Below are positions 7,997 to 17,577 of a DNA stretch of 64,000 bases, piece by piece. The DNA is taken from NCBI GenBank assembly GCA_014686985.1, contig GCA_014686985.1_3627.1; one strand, 5' to 3'. The notes below the pieces were generated by a model. The model did not search any database, was not told where the DNA came from, and saw only the letters and a list, made by a program, of their open reading frames with translations. The stretch is from a phage. Position 1 is the first letter of the stretch. Each line of letters starts with the position of its first letter. The translations under genes and the position numbers were made by a program.

Positions 7997-8269
7997 ATGT
8001 CAAGCTGGATTAATCAAGAAGTCGAATCACGTTTTAATGCTATATGGGATCTCATCGAAAAAGAGGACGGAACATCAAGCCCCTACCTCAACAATTTGGA
8101 ATTCCATTTTGTGGAAGCGATGAACGCAGAACATGATCACGAAGGTGGCGCGGATGAGTTCGCTAAAGGTTATGGCTTTAACAATGCCAACGAAATGATC
8201 GAGGCGGTCGTACTCCAGGCTGAGGAAGATTATCAATTAAAAACGCTTGAATTCTGCCGCCATAAGTAA
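7997..8269 (+). CDS. hypothetical protein (90 aa)
   Basis: ORF track; RBS AGGAGAGAGGAAAAC. Confidence 0.6.
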   Translation: MSSWINQEVESRFNAIWDLIEKEDGTSSPYLNNLEFHFVEAMNAEHDHEGGADEFAKGYGFNNANEMIEAVVLQAEEDYQLKTLEFCRHK

Positions 8270-8329
8270 TAAGATAATGACACGGGCCAAAAGGCCCACT
8301 AATCAGAACCGCACAAAGAGGTAAACATC

Positions 8330-8593
8330 ATGAAACGTCTTGACCAGCTCAAACTAGTTCAGTACATGGCTTACAGAATTCTTGAAGTCCAAAAAGGTAG
8401 CAAAAAAGAAGTTTGCGAGAAAGCGTACAAGATCTTTACTCGCAAAAAAGACGATTGGATGCTACGCCAGACTAAAAAGGCTGACATCTTGGGGTACCTG
8501 GAAGAAGAGATCCGGCTTGAAGAACAAGAAGAGATCCGCCGTAGTGAGGCAGATTATCAGGCAGTTTGGGAAAACTGGATGAGCAACAAATAA
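8330..8593 (+). CDS. hypothetical protein (87 aa)
   Basis: ORF track; RBS AAAGAGG; upstream hairpin GGGCCAAAAGGCCC. Confidence 0.6.
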   Translation: MKRLDQLKLVQYMAYRILEVQKGSKKEVCEKAYKIFTRKKDDWMLRQTKKADILGYLEEEIRLEEQEEIRRSEADYQAVWENWMSNK

Positions 8594-8659
8594 TACAACA
8601 AGTTACATGGTCAGGGGCAATAAAGCCCCTTGATCACATAAAAATTATGCTATCCCTTG

Positions 8660-8688
8660 TTGACAGGGATCGGCAGTTTTGCTATATT
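8660..8688 (+). promoter_or_regulatory. sigma70-like promoter
   Basis: TTGACA 8660-8665, 17-nt spacer, TATATT 8683-8688. Confidence 0.55.
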
Positions 8689-8737
8689 CTTTTTTGAAGG
8701 GAAGTTGTAAGAAAATTAACTAAGAGGTAAAAACACC

Positions 8738-9157
8738 ATGAACATTAAATCTGATAATCCGGCATATAGCTTTGATAACGCTTTTTGTCACGGTCCGGCG
8801 GCGAAAGGATTCGAAATCGATGGTAAACTAGTTATTGTTAATGTTGACGGGGAAGAGGTTGCAGTATATCCGGTGGCAGACGTTAAAAGCCGTCTACAAT
8901 GCCGCATGGATGTTACCGCCTATCAGCTTGATCCGGTCCGGGTAGTTGCCCTGGTCCTGGAAGAAGAAATTAAAGCAATGCACCACAGCAACAAGTTTAT
9001 TGGTGACGCTCAAGATAATATGCAGGTATGCCGCTATAAAGTTAATGAAGTGCTTAAAGAGTACGGCTATAAGGATTTAATGATCAAGCGTGATGAAAAA
9101 TTCCGCTACCGTAACGACCTGGCAAATCGGATTTTTGAAATATACGAATCATTATAA
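8738..9157 (+). CDS. hypothetical protein (139 aa)
   Basis: ORF track; RBS TAAGAGG. Confidence 0.6.
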   Translation: MNIKSDNPAYSFDNAFCHGPAAKGFEIDGKLVIVNVDGEEVAVYPVADVKSRLQCRMDVTAYQLDPVRVVALVLEEEIKAMHHSNKFIGDAQDNMQVCRYKVNEVLKEYGYKDLMIKRDEKFRYRNDLANRIFEIYESL

Positions 9158-9177
9158 TTTCTTAACTGAATTATCAA

Positions 9178-9202
9178 GGGGCTTAAAGGCCCCTTTCTTT
9201 TT
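9178..9202 (+). terminator. rho-independent terminator at the end of the plus-strand early block
   Basis: hairpin GGGGCTTAAAGGCCCC followed by TTTCTTTTT. Confidence 0.6.
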
Positions 9203-11760
9203 GTCTGCTCTTCTCCTACCATAAACGGCCCTACCCGGCAAGTGGAATAATTGACTAGCCATTAATCCCACACACTGTACAAATATACATATAAAATAAC
9301 TATTGCATAATCTTTCACTGTGTGGTAGCAGGGCCATTTTTACCCGTTTTCTCTCCCAAAAGTGCACGTAATGCCGCTATTGCACAAATTTTAACCTGAT
9401 GCACATCTCCAATATCTTGTCAACAACTAAAAATCTTTATAAGTCATACACTTACACAACATAGAAAGCGTGTCCTACGCGAAAAATCGAGTATAACTAT
9501 GGCCGCCAGATCTCAGAATTCACGTACGCACGCCATTCTATAGCCTGCAAAGTATTTATTCCAACCACAGAATAACGGAATAGTCAATACCTGCATAAAA
9601 TAATTATTCGTGTAAACTGCATAACATAAATCAGCTCAGGTGTCAACATTTTTCGTAAACAGTCCGAAATTATCACGATGAGTTATCATAAACAGAGAAA
9701 TCTTTAGTCGTCTAATGTTTACTGTACATTACTATACTGACTGGAATCATTAGATGACTAAGAGAAAGATAAGAAATAATTAATAATGTGATTATTTTAC
9801 CTGTAACAATAAGGCAACTATGCAAACGAATGGCATGGCGCGACGGAGTCGCGACATAATATAAAAGCAGTAACCATCACCCCCGTGATAGTTTGTCTGC
9901 AAACTATTAATCAGATCATAGTTGCCTTGTATTTAGTTAATCATGACATAACAAGCAAGGCAACTATAGATCTTCTAATAGTTGCCCTGCTTTTATATTA
10001 TGTCATAGAAACACCCGAAGGGGTGACCAAAGGCCACCTGGCATAGCCAGCGAAAGATTATTAACTTGCTAATAGTTATCATGCAAACGAATGGCATGGC
10101 TTATCATTTCCATGTAAATAGTTAGCTATGTAAACTATTGGTCATGTAAACCATTAAGCATGTAAACAGTAAGAGCGTGAACAGTAAAGGGAGTGAATAG
10201 TAATAGCGTGAATAGTGACAGCGTAAACAGTCAGGCATGTCAATTATGTCATATTGTGTCACCATTATGTCTAAAGTGTCATATTGTGTCAGACAAGTTT
10301 TTCTCCTCTTTGTCAAGTGCTGCATGAAAAATTTACAAGCTGGTATGGTAGCATTTTTGCGGCCCTGTTTACATTCAGTGATGTATGTATAATCCTTGTT
10401 GTGTGGGCGTTTAGACGTCTAGACGGTTGGAAGTCCACAGGTCAATATCTAATCTATCGGCTGCTAACTATATCCCACACAAATAGTAAGAAATATGATT
10501 GTTATATGCGTAAACAGTAACTCATGTTATCAATCCCTGTATGTATCGCCAGTGGTGCGCATAATGGGTATTATGTTAAATTGCCCGTAATGATAATGGT
10601 TCTCACAATGATAGGTATTCTCATTCCCCCACACAAAATAGATTGCAAATGTTGTGCCACTATGTGAACGGCCTCACCTATTAATTTGCCTCACTGCCTC
10701 GATATTTGAGAATTGTTATAAGAATGAGAATGATTCCCATTTCGTCCGCCTGGCAGCACTCCTGTAGGTCCTGCAAGGACTCTAGCTGAAAGCTAGACCC
10801 TTCGGGCCTCCCTGTAGGTCAGGTCAAAATCGTGGTAGAATTGGGCCTGTTCAGATATTTCTGGCTGACTCTTCAGGTCTGTGTGGGAAAAGCCAACCTC
10901 TCCGGCGGCGGGGAGGGGGTCAATTAAAAAAAAAATTACGTGGTGTATGAAGCGCTCTTCAGGTAAGGCATATATTATGAGATGAAACCCTCTTCAGGTA
11001 ATGATATTTGTGGGTGTGATATTTGCTGGAAAGCCAGATATGACGGGACTCCCGGCGGGGCAGGGGTAGTACAGACAGGGAAAATATGAGAATGTAGTTG
11101 GGGAAATTGATCAGACAGGTAGAGTATGGAATATGTTACAAGTATGTTAAATATGGAGGTTGAATATCTGTAGGGTTTGTGTGTAAAATCAAAGACTTAA
11201 GGGGTGTTGTGGTATTTTCTATAAATAATTCAAGTTTAATAGGCAATATTTGTCTCTATCCGCTTTGTGTGGTAAACAGATTCAGATTAGATTGGTTTAC
11301 AAGTGTATACATAATATACAAATTAAAGATACAAGAAACCCCCCTCCCCCTTCGGCTACCATTCACCTTTTCCTCTGACTGGTACTTAAACACTTATTCA
11401 GACTCTTCAGGTTATCACCCATATATCATATGGCAGTGACTGGTGTCCTCCGGCCCCTCTTTCGTCACCCGTCCGCTTCGCCATGCTAATGCCATAGCCA
11501 ATGGTTCGGTTGTTCACCCTGTTCACTCAGGTGTATCTCCATACCCCTTCAAACCGAAGAGAACAGAAAACCCGAATTACTCGGTAAAAGAAAAGAGAAG
11601 AACTTAATTTTATCAGGATAGGCAAGAATGTCAAGGCATGACTGCTCACTAAACAAGCAAACAGTCATGTGTGGGAGGTAAGTGATTGTGGTGGTAGGAA
11701 ATTTAGTTGAAAGATGTGTTATAGGTGCTTCCAGCACTTTAGCCTGGCAGCTAATTGTGT
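9203..11760. repeat. non-coding repeat-dense region (several families of short direct and inverted repeats)
   Basis: no convincing ORF on either strand; recurring motifs AGGCAACTAT / ATAGTTGCC, CAAACGAATGGCATGGC (x2), TGTCATATTGTGTCA (x2), CATGTAAA and GTGAATAGT series, CTCTTCAGGT (x4), CCTGTAGGTC (x2). Confidence 0.6.
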
Positions 11761-11761
11761 G

Positions 11762-12043
11762 TCAGTCCAGCGGTTCATCCTCTACTTCACTGAAATCAAT
11801 GTTCATGGTCTCTTCCCAACCATCGATCTCAGCACAAGAGTAGAGATCTTTAGGACTTACTCCCAAAGCCTCAGCAACAGAGTCTATATTTAACACCTCT
11901 GGCAGGTATGATTCATCGAATTCAAGGTAAATCAGGCCACGAGTGTTGTCAGCTCCACCAAATATTTCTATCTTCATGAAATCTCCTCTGGAAATGAGAA
12001 TGTGAACAGGGTTTATATGTTCCAATGCACTGGAATTATGCAC
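11762..12043 (-). CDS. hypothetical acidic protein (93 aa)
   Basis: ORF track; last gene of the minus-strand block. Confidence 0.5.
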   Translation of the reverse strand: MHNSSALEHINPVHILISRGDFMKIEIFGGADNTRGLIYLEFDESYLPEVLNIDSVAEALGVSPKDLYSCAEIDGWEETMNIDFSEVEDEPLD

Positions 12044-12097
12044 GTTTGCCTCTTCAGGCCATGCTTTAGCATGAGGAACCTGTGTGGGCTCGGTGCT

Positions 12098-12511
12098 TCA
12101 TAGTCTACCACCTCTGAACTCTTCGTGCTCAGGCATAATAGAGAACCAGATATCTACGATGTCTTCCCACGTTAGGTCATCAGCCTCAGGATCTACCTGG
12201 AGCGAAGATGGAGAATCTTCAGAATCGAAGTTTTCCTCTTGCACTGGCTCAGTCAAGGGACATATAGTCACTCCTTTGGATGTCTCTTCAGATGCATGTG
12301 TGTTTATCATGTTCCACCCGTGAGTATTCCGGCAACAGCCACTATGGACGTAATGATCATCAGGATCACCACCAAAACCTCTGACAATGTTTTCATTGTG
12401 TATCCCATATTCTCCAAACGATGTGTGGATACTATCACTGGAGCGGCAATGTGTCAACAGAAACGCCGCGAGGGTTTGGTTAAAATCCGAGCGTATGGTG
12501 ATTTGGGTCAA
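12098..12511 (-). CDS. hypothetical protein (137 aa)
   Basis: ORF track; acidic C-terminus; preferred over overlapping plus-strand ORFs because of block orientation. Confidence 0.45.
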   Translation of the reverse strand: MTQITIRSDFNQTLAAFLLTHCRSSDSIHTSFGEYGIHNENIVRGFGGDPDDHYVHSGCCRNTHGWNMINTHASEETSKGVTICPLTEPVQEENFDSEDSPSSLQVDPEADDLTWEDIVDIWFSIMPEHEEFRGGRL

Positions 12512-12610
12512 AACGGACGTGCGTTCTCGCTACGCTCGAAAAAGAGAGTTGTTTGTAGGAAGCTCTTAAACGCTCTGTAAGGAGATTATCTGTCCAAGGT
12601 ATGCAATCGT

Positions 12611-12646
12611 GCACCAGATAAAGAAAAGGACGCCACAGAGCGTCCT
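12611..12646 (-). terminator. rho-independent terminator (minus strand)
   Basis: on the minus-strand RNA: hairpin AGGACGC...GCGTCCT followed by UUUCUUUAUC. Confidence 0.5.
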
Positions 12647-12670
12647 AGGTGTCTTAAATTTGATATTTTG

Positions 12671-12982
12671 CTATACCCATGATGGCTTATCAAGGTTGGA
12701 GTAGCTGAAAGGTGTCAAAAGGTGACTGTCAAAATCTCTCAAACTATCCAGATCTTTTTCCTCGTCCTGACACCATCTGTGCCTGCATTTATTGTTGTAG
12801 TGCATAGAATGCATGGCGTTCTGCAACTTAACAGGCACAAGTGATTCCGGAGTAGATAGTATTGTTGGGTATGCTAGAACCACCTCAAACAGTGGAAACA
12901 CATCGAAACTAAAATCTACCTCTGCAGAGGTTGATGGCATGTAGGAGTATTTAGCCGTCTTTGTAGACATAATCCACCTCAC
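12671..12982 (-). CDS. hypothetical protein (103 aa)
   Basis: ORF track. Confidence 0.55.
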   Translation of the reverse strand: MRWIMSTKTAKYSYMPSTSAEVDFSFDVFPLFEVVLAYPTILSTPESLVPVKLQNAMHSMHYNNKCRHRWCQDEEKDLDSLRDFDSHLLTPFSYSNLDKPSWV

Positions 12983-13305
12983 ACAGGTTTGATAATACCT
13001 TCACCGAATAACTCTTCATATCTAATCTTATCCGGATCCCACTCCTGGATAATTTCGAAGACAATATCCAACCCTGGGATAATCACTTCTCCAGTGTCAA
13101 GTTTGGCAAGAACAAAACCAGAAGGCTGAATGGTTTCCCAGTTGCGACGATTGGAATAGAAGACCTCGAAAATATCACCGACCTTGATCTGTTGATCAAG
13201 ATGTTCAAGGTTCTCTTTCATGTAGACGCAGCGTATTTTTCGTGCAGGCCATAGACCACCTGCATCACGTTCATTCAATTCTTTTACAGTGATCGGTATA
13301 CCCAT
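12979..13305 (-). CDS. hypothetical protein (108 aa)
   Basis: ORF track; 4-nt overlap with downstream gene. Confidence 0.55.
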   Translation of the reverse strand: MGIPITVKELNERDAGGLWPARKIRCVYMKENLEHLDQQIKVGDIFEVFYSNRRNWETIQPSGFVLAKLDTGEVIIPGLDIVFEIIQEWDPDKIRYEELFGEGIIKPV

Positions 13306-13358
13306 CTCAAATCTCCCTCATAGATAGTAAAAAGAGGGGCTTTGGCCCCTCTTTGTCA

Positions 13359-13664
13359 TTATTCTACAGAACGTTTGAACAGAATGTCTGCCTCGGACAT
13401 GTGTTCAACCTCTTCTTCGATTTTAGCTCGACGTTTTTCAGCCTCATAGCGAATATCGAACTCGGTAGCCACCAGAGATTTGATGAATTTAGGAGAATAC
13501 AGGTGATCCTGCTTCTCAACGAGAATGATATCCTTAATGGCATCTTTCAGATCTTTAATCTGAAGTTGGAGTTCTACCAGTTCTTCGATTGTTTTGCGAA
13601 GGCGATCACGCTCTGCAGTGTCAGAAGGAAGAGAGGTGAACAGTTCAACTTTAGATTTAGCCAT
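13359..13664 (-). CDS. hypothetical coiled-coil protein (101 aa)
   Basis: ORF track; charged, heptad-rich. Confidence 0.55.
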   Translation of the reverse strand: MAKSKVELFTSLPSDTAERDRLRKTIEELVELQLQIKDLKDAIKDIILVEKQDHLYSPKFIKSLVATEFDIRYEAEKRRAKIEEEVEHMSEADILFKRSVE

Positions 13665-13692
13665 AGTAAGAGTCTCCTTATGTTGTTTTAAA

Positions 13693-13944
13693 TTAACGTT
13701 CTACAAAAATACCGTTCAGTTCAATAACCAGGAATTTCTGGTCTTCACTATCGTCTCGTGCCAGCACCTCACAGACGTATCGGTCATCCCCATCATCATC
13801 GCAGTCAAATACAAGACTGAGGACTTTATCATGGTAAACCTTCGCCACTACCGCCTCGTAAGTATTGCCGATTGTGAATCCAAGATAATCTCCGATGCAT
13901 TTGACAACAACATGGTCTCCAGCATTTAAGTCAATCTTCGTCAT
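13693..13944 (-). CDS. hypothetical protein (83 aa)
   Basis: start placed at ATG 13944 (MTKIDLNAGD...) after AAGGAG RBS; track start 14010 judged spurious. Confidence 0.5.
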   Translation of the reverse strand: MTKIDLNAGDHVVVKCIGDYLGFTIGNTYEAVVAKVYHDKVLSLVFDCDDDGDDRYVCEVLARDDSEDQKFLVIELNGIFVER

Positions 13945-14071
13945 TACTGCGCTCCTTGGGTAATAATACTGTATGTAAAACTTTAACCAGAGATGTGAAT
14001 AACGCCCCAAAACACACCGATAGCGCTAAAACAGACAAGGCCATCATTAAAGCTTCAGTAAAATCAGTCAT
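13931..14071 (-). CDS. small transmembrane peptide (46 aa)
   Basis: ATG 14071 after GAGGTGAGGA RBS, translated by hand: MTDFTEALMMALSVLALSVCFGALFTSLVKVLHTVLLPKERSNDED; stop overlaps the next start. Confidence 0.45.
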   Translation of the reverse strand: MTDFTEALMMALSVLALSVCFGALFTSLVKVLHTVLLPKERSNDED

Positions 14072-14099
14072 TCCTCACCTCTTGTTAGTCACTATACTA

Positions 14100-14363
14100 T
14101 CATTTATCCTTGTCGTCAAGAACTTTTTTAAATCTTTCAGGGATATCTCCCGTTCTTAGATAGTTCATGACCTCGCAAGGTTCCCACTTGAATTTCTTAC
14201 AGAGCAGGGCGGCTGAGATTGTTTCATTGCGAAAAGAAAGGATATTAATATCCCACTCTGAGAACCCCAACTTCCGAAGGGTAGCTACAGAAATCCTCAC
14301 CGCAACCCAGCAGCAAAAACATGCAACAAACGCCACTGCTACAACCCACATCAGGATGTTCAT
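14100..14363 (-). CDS. hypothetical membrane protein (87 aa)
   Basis: ORF track; N-terminal hydrophobic helix WVVAVAFVACFCCWVAV. Confidence 0.55.
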   Translation of the reverse strand: MNILMWVVAVAFVACFCCWVAVRISVATLRKLGFSEWDINILSFRNETISAALLCKKFKWEPCEVMNYLRTGDIPERFKKVLDDKDK

Positions 14364-14452
14364 ATAAGCACCTTACTGAAATACAAGACACAGTGTTAAG
14401 GTTACTGACCAGCAAATAATTAACAGTGCCGTTGCAACCTTGGCAAGATTTA

Positions 14453-14746
14453 TCATAGTGCCTCTAAGATTTCATATCCTTCGGGTCGGAATACAAGCCA
14501 CTCCGTGGCTCCGTTTGGTCGATACGCTTTATACAGAACAACCTGGTCTCGGCACATGCACATGGCTACATAGTTTTCATCCACACCTGCAGCCTGCATT
14601 GCATCTTCTTCTCCGGCAACTGCTTTGCTTACAACTTCCTTGGTAGGCAGGTGTGCGATCAGCTCGTCACCATCATTAATTCCAAAATGGCTGAGTTCGC
14701 CGTTGGTATCTTTAATCTTAATCTTAATCTTAACCAGATCTTTCAT
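14453..14746 (-). CDS. hypothetical acidic protein (97 aa)
   Basis: ORF track. Confidence 0.55.
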   Translation of the reverse strand: MKDLVKIKIKIKDTNGELSHFGINDGDELIAHLPTKEVVSKAVAGEEDAMQAAGVDENYVAMCMCRDQVVLYKAYRPNGATEWLVFRPEGYEILEAL

Positions 14747-15075
14747 TAGTCTTCCCCCAGGTTCAAAGGTCCTAAGATTTCATATGCCAGATTAGAAGTT
14801 ACAAGAGGGTCTTCTGCGTCTTTAGTATTATACCACCCGTGAATAACCAGAGTCCCACTTTGTTTCATGTCCAACTGGAACTCTTCTGCCGTTTCCTCAT
14901 CCAGCTCCAAGATTTCCATAAGGTATTTGATGTTAGGGAGGTATGCAGCTGTTACAGTCCCCTCTACCAGACCTTCAGGCCAACCTACATCTGGATGACA
15001 AGTAGGAACCAGGTTGGTCAGTTTAATGGTGTACGCTTTTTCTGCACGAGCCTTCAGTAACGGGTCAATCTTCAT
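14746..15075 (-). CDS. hypothetical protein (109 aa)
   Basis: ORF track; start/stop overlap with neighbours. Confidence 0.55.
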   Translation of the reverse strand: MKIDPLLKARAEKAYTIKLTNLVPTCHPDVGWPEGLVEGTVTAAYLPNIKYLMEILELDEETAEEFQLDMKQSGTLVIHGWYNTKDAEDPLVTSNLAYEILGPLNLGED

Positions 15076-15425
15076 TATTCGTCCTCCTCTTCGGTACCTG
15101 CTTCCAGTAATAAGTTAAGAATATCTTCTGCACAAGGTTCATAGAACTCTTGGCCTTCATTATCGATGATTTTGTAGTCATCTCCACGAATAATCAGGGG
15201 ATCACTCTCAAAATTATCGAGACCTTTAACAACGACAACACGATCGATTGCCATCATTGTAAGAACTTTATCGACATCTTCCTCTGCTACACCATACTGC
15301 AGCAGAATGTCTTTGGTAGGAGGAACAGCATCCACCACAACGCCGTTACCAAAACCTTCTGGAAGTTTAGCTAAAATATCTTCCGGAACCACATTCACAT
15401 CAAAACCGGTAATTTCTACTTTCAT
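15075..15425 (-). CDS. hypothetical acidic protein (116 aa)
   Basis: ORF track; MKVEITG N-terminus. Confidence 0.55.
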   Translation of the reverse strand: MKVEITGFDVNVVPEDILAKLPEGFGNGVVVDAVPPTKDILLQYGVAEEDVDKVLTMMAIDRVVVVKGLDNFESDPLIIRGDDYKIIDNEGQEFYEPCAEDILNLLLEAGTEEEDE

Positions 15426-15686
15426 TTACAGCACCTCTTCGTCAACTACTTCATAAAAATGGCCTGGGATTGCAATAGCGTTCTCACCTTCACCTACAAA
15501 CACAGTTCCGTCAAGAATCAACATCATAAGAATTTCTGTAATATCCTCTTCCGGAACGTTGCCAAAACCTTTAATCAGCTCGTAGGTTGGAATATTTACC
15601 TCTAAGATGTCACCATCTTTAGAACGGAAATCAACACCGTCCTGAATCTCTGCCGTTTCAAGGTTTTTCAATTTAATCTTCATCAA
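15426..15686 (-). CDS. hypothetical acidic protein (86 aa)
   Basis: ORF track; MMKIKLKNL N-terminus. Confidence 0.55.
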   Translation of the reverse strand: MMKIKLKNLETAEIQDGVDFRSKDGDILEVNIPTYELIKGFGNVPEEDITEILMMLILDGTVFVGEGENAIAIPGHFYEVVDEEVL

Positions 15687-15762
15687 TCGGTCCCCTGTCT
15701 TGTTAAGATGAAGGTATTATTTCACACAGGGTTGGCGTTGTCAACACCTGTGTGCAAGAAAA

Positions 15763-16158
15763 TTACTGAAACAGTGCGGATAAATTACCTTCTGGTGGGA
15801 ACTTATCTGCCAAAAACGGTGTTAGCACAGTAGCCTTCTGAAGATCTGGGGTCCACTCGTTGTTCAGAACATCCCAGTAGTACGCAATGTTGCTGTGTGG
15901 GTGCCGCATTACGAACTTTTTCCCTTCGTAGTCATCTGAAACCTCTACAGAAGAAATAACAACAGAATCTTCAAGGGTTTCTTCATAGAAAGATCCACCT
16001 TCAAATTTCCAACGAGATGCAAGAGCCCCTGCCTTGAACGCTGCAGATAACGGACTGTCGGCAAGAACATACATTTCTTGCACTCTGTCGCTGCGATCTT
16101 TGCTTCTTACGTTGTATACAGTATCTGAGCTATACTCAACACGGTATAGGCTTACCAT
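15763..16158 (-). CDS. hypothetical protein, paralog of 17970-18368 (131 aa)
   Basis: shared C-terminal motif H-P-x-S-x-(I/V)-x-(Y/H)-Y-W-(D/N)...W-T-P...A-T-(V/P)-L. Confidence 0.6.
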   Translation of the reverse strand: MVSLYRVEYSSDTVYNVRSKDRSDRVQEMYVLADSPLSAAFKAGALASRWKFEGGSFYEETLEDSVVISSVEVSDDYEGKKFVMRHPHSNIAYYWDVLNNEWTPDLQKATVLTPFLADKFPPEGNLSALFQ

Positions 16159-16490
16159 TACCGCACCTCCTCAATAACTTCCACATCTGAACCTACCACA
16201 AATGCAAAAGGACAGGTTTCATGAAAGATATCCGGATCGCCGCCAAGCTTGCTAACAATTTCTCCACCACTAATAAACACAAGCTCACCGATATTCATCA
16301 GATTGCTGAAATAGTACCCATAATGATTAAAGAATGCAGCAGGGTCAGGTAGACTAGTAGCCTCAAGCACTACATCGGTTGAGGTTACTTTCTTATCATA
16401 ACCTCTCGCCTTTTGAGATGCAAGATCTGCAGAATCCTCAGGCGACCGGAGATGCACAGGAATTGTTTCACCAATAAAGCGTACTTTCAT
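16158..16490 (-). CDS. hypothetical protein (110 aa)
   Basis: start placed at internal ATG (MKVRFIG...) after GGTGA RBS to avoid overlap with the upstream gene. Confidence 0.5.
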   Translation of the reverse strand: MKVRFIGETIPVHLRSPEDSADLASQKARGYDKKVTSTDVVLEATSLPDPAAFFNHYGYYFSNLMNIGELVFISGGEIVSKLGGDPDIFHETCPFAFVVGSDVEVIEEVR

Positions 16491-16494
16491 ATTA

Positions 16495-16758
16495 TCACCC
16501 AACAACCATAGCTTCAAAAGGAGTCATGAACGAATAAACGGCATCATCATCTGCTTCAGGGAATGCTCCCAAAGACTTCATATCTGAGCCCTTGACAAAT
16601 ACAAGGTTTTGATCAAAGGCTTCTTGGGGGTCAATCCGATACATATTTCGTAAAATATCGCTTACCTCCTCATCAAGAGGTGAGTATGCTGTGCACGTTT
16701 TTCCGATCAAGCTTTGAGAATCAGGGTATCCACCTGAAGTTTTAAAATAAACAATCAT
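16495..16758 (-). CDS. hypothetical protein (87 aa)
   Basis: ORF track. Confidence 0.5.
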   Translation of the reverse strand: MIVYFKTSGGYPDSQSLIGKTCTAYSPLDEEVSDILRNMYRIDPQEAFDQNLVFVKGSDMKSLGAFPEADDDAVYSFMTPFEAMVVG

Positions 16759-16849
16759 ATAGTATCACCTCTGGTAAGAGATTGGGACTCCTTTCCCACA
16801 AATAATTACAAATCTTCCTTAGCGAGGAAGTATGCTAATCCAAGCAGGA

Positions 16850-17119
16850 TTATACCTCTACAATCTCATACACATCAGGAGTTACAATCAACTCCTCTCC
16901 GTTACCCGGTGCAACAAACACCACCAAACCTTCAGGTGTGTGCTTTTTAGCCATCTCGATAACATCCTCTCGCAGAGCTGGCCCCATCAGATCAAAACCT
17001 TCACCCAGGGCATCACGAACCACCTTCATATAGTCAACTGGTTGTGCTTCGACAATCATGCCTTCAACCAGTCCACAGTTTTTGTCTGCCAGCTCAGTTT
17101 TGAATAATTTAATTTTCAT
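16850..17119 (-). CDS. hypothetical acidic protein (89 aa)
   Basis: ORF track; MKIKLFK N-terminus. Confidence 0.55.
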   Translation of the reverse strand: MKIKLFKTELADKNCGLVEGMIVEAQPVDYMKVVRDALGEGFDLMGPALREDVIEMAKKHTPEGLVVFVAPGNGEELIVTPDVYEIVEV

Positions 17120-17145
17120 TTAGAGGTCTCCTCAATTATTTGATA

Positions 17146-17247
17146 TTAATAGCCGTAACCTAACACATTAACTACAACTGCGATTGCAAACATACTTTCA
17201 AAGCATGCAATCTCTACATTTGGGACTAATTTCTTAATCACACCCAT
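17146..17247 (-). CDS. small hydrophobic peptide (33 aa)
   Basis: ATG 17247 after GAGGTG RBS; MGVIKKLVPNVEIACFESMFAIAVVVNVLGYGY; short, so uncertain. Confidence 0.3.
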   Translation of the reverse strand: MGVIKKLVPNVEIACFESMFAIAVVVNVLGYGY

Positions 17248-17256
17248 TGTAGCACC

Positions 17257-17577
17257 TCATTCTCCAAAGTCAATCTTTACTTTGCCTTTCCCCTTACCTT
17301 TCTTTCCACCGCATTTAGCCAGCTGACGTGCTGCAACATCTACCATACGGTCAGTTGCCTCGTAAGCATCACTGCCTTTAGCCTTGGCAATAACTTCTTT
17401 TCCAGAATTGTCAAAAATGAACGCCATAACTTCCTGGTGATCATTTTCAACTTTTACACTCACACGTGCATAGTTAACAGAGGGATGTAAACGCTCCAGC
17501 TTGGACATTTTGCGGGAAATAAAAGATACCATACCTTCTGTGATTTCTACATTGTTGCCAGTGATTTCAATTTGCAT
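17257..17577 (-). CDS. hpf: ribosome hibernation factor-like protein (HPF/RaiA family, 106 aa)
   Basis: N-terminus MQIEITGNNVEITEGM and ...ARQLAK... closely parallel E. coli HPF/YfiA (MQLNITGNNVEITEAL ... LARQLTK); Gly/Lys-rich tail. Confidence 0.7.
   Translation of the reverse strand: MQIEITGNNVEITEGMVSFISRKMSKLERLHPSVNYARVSVKVENDHQEVMAFIFDNSGKEVIAKAKGSDAYEATDRMVDVAARQLAKCGGKKGKGKGKVKIDFGE

Noticed and set aside
9152-11737. Track ORFs inside the repeat region (9152-9367 minus, 10122-10325 minus, 10284-10520 plus, 11179-11439 plus, 11549-11737 minus)
   Set aside because: Low-complexity or repeat-derived translations, no RBS or promoter context, and they overlap the repeat families; treated as non-coding
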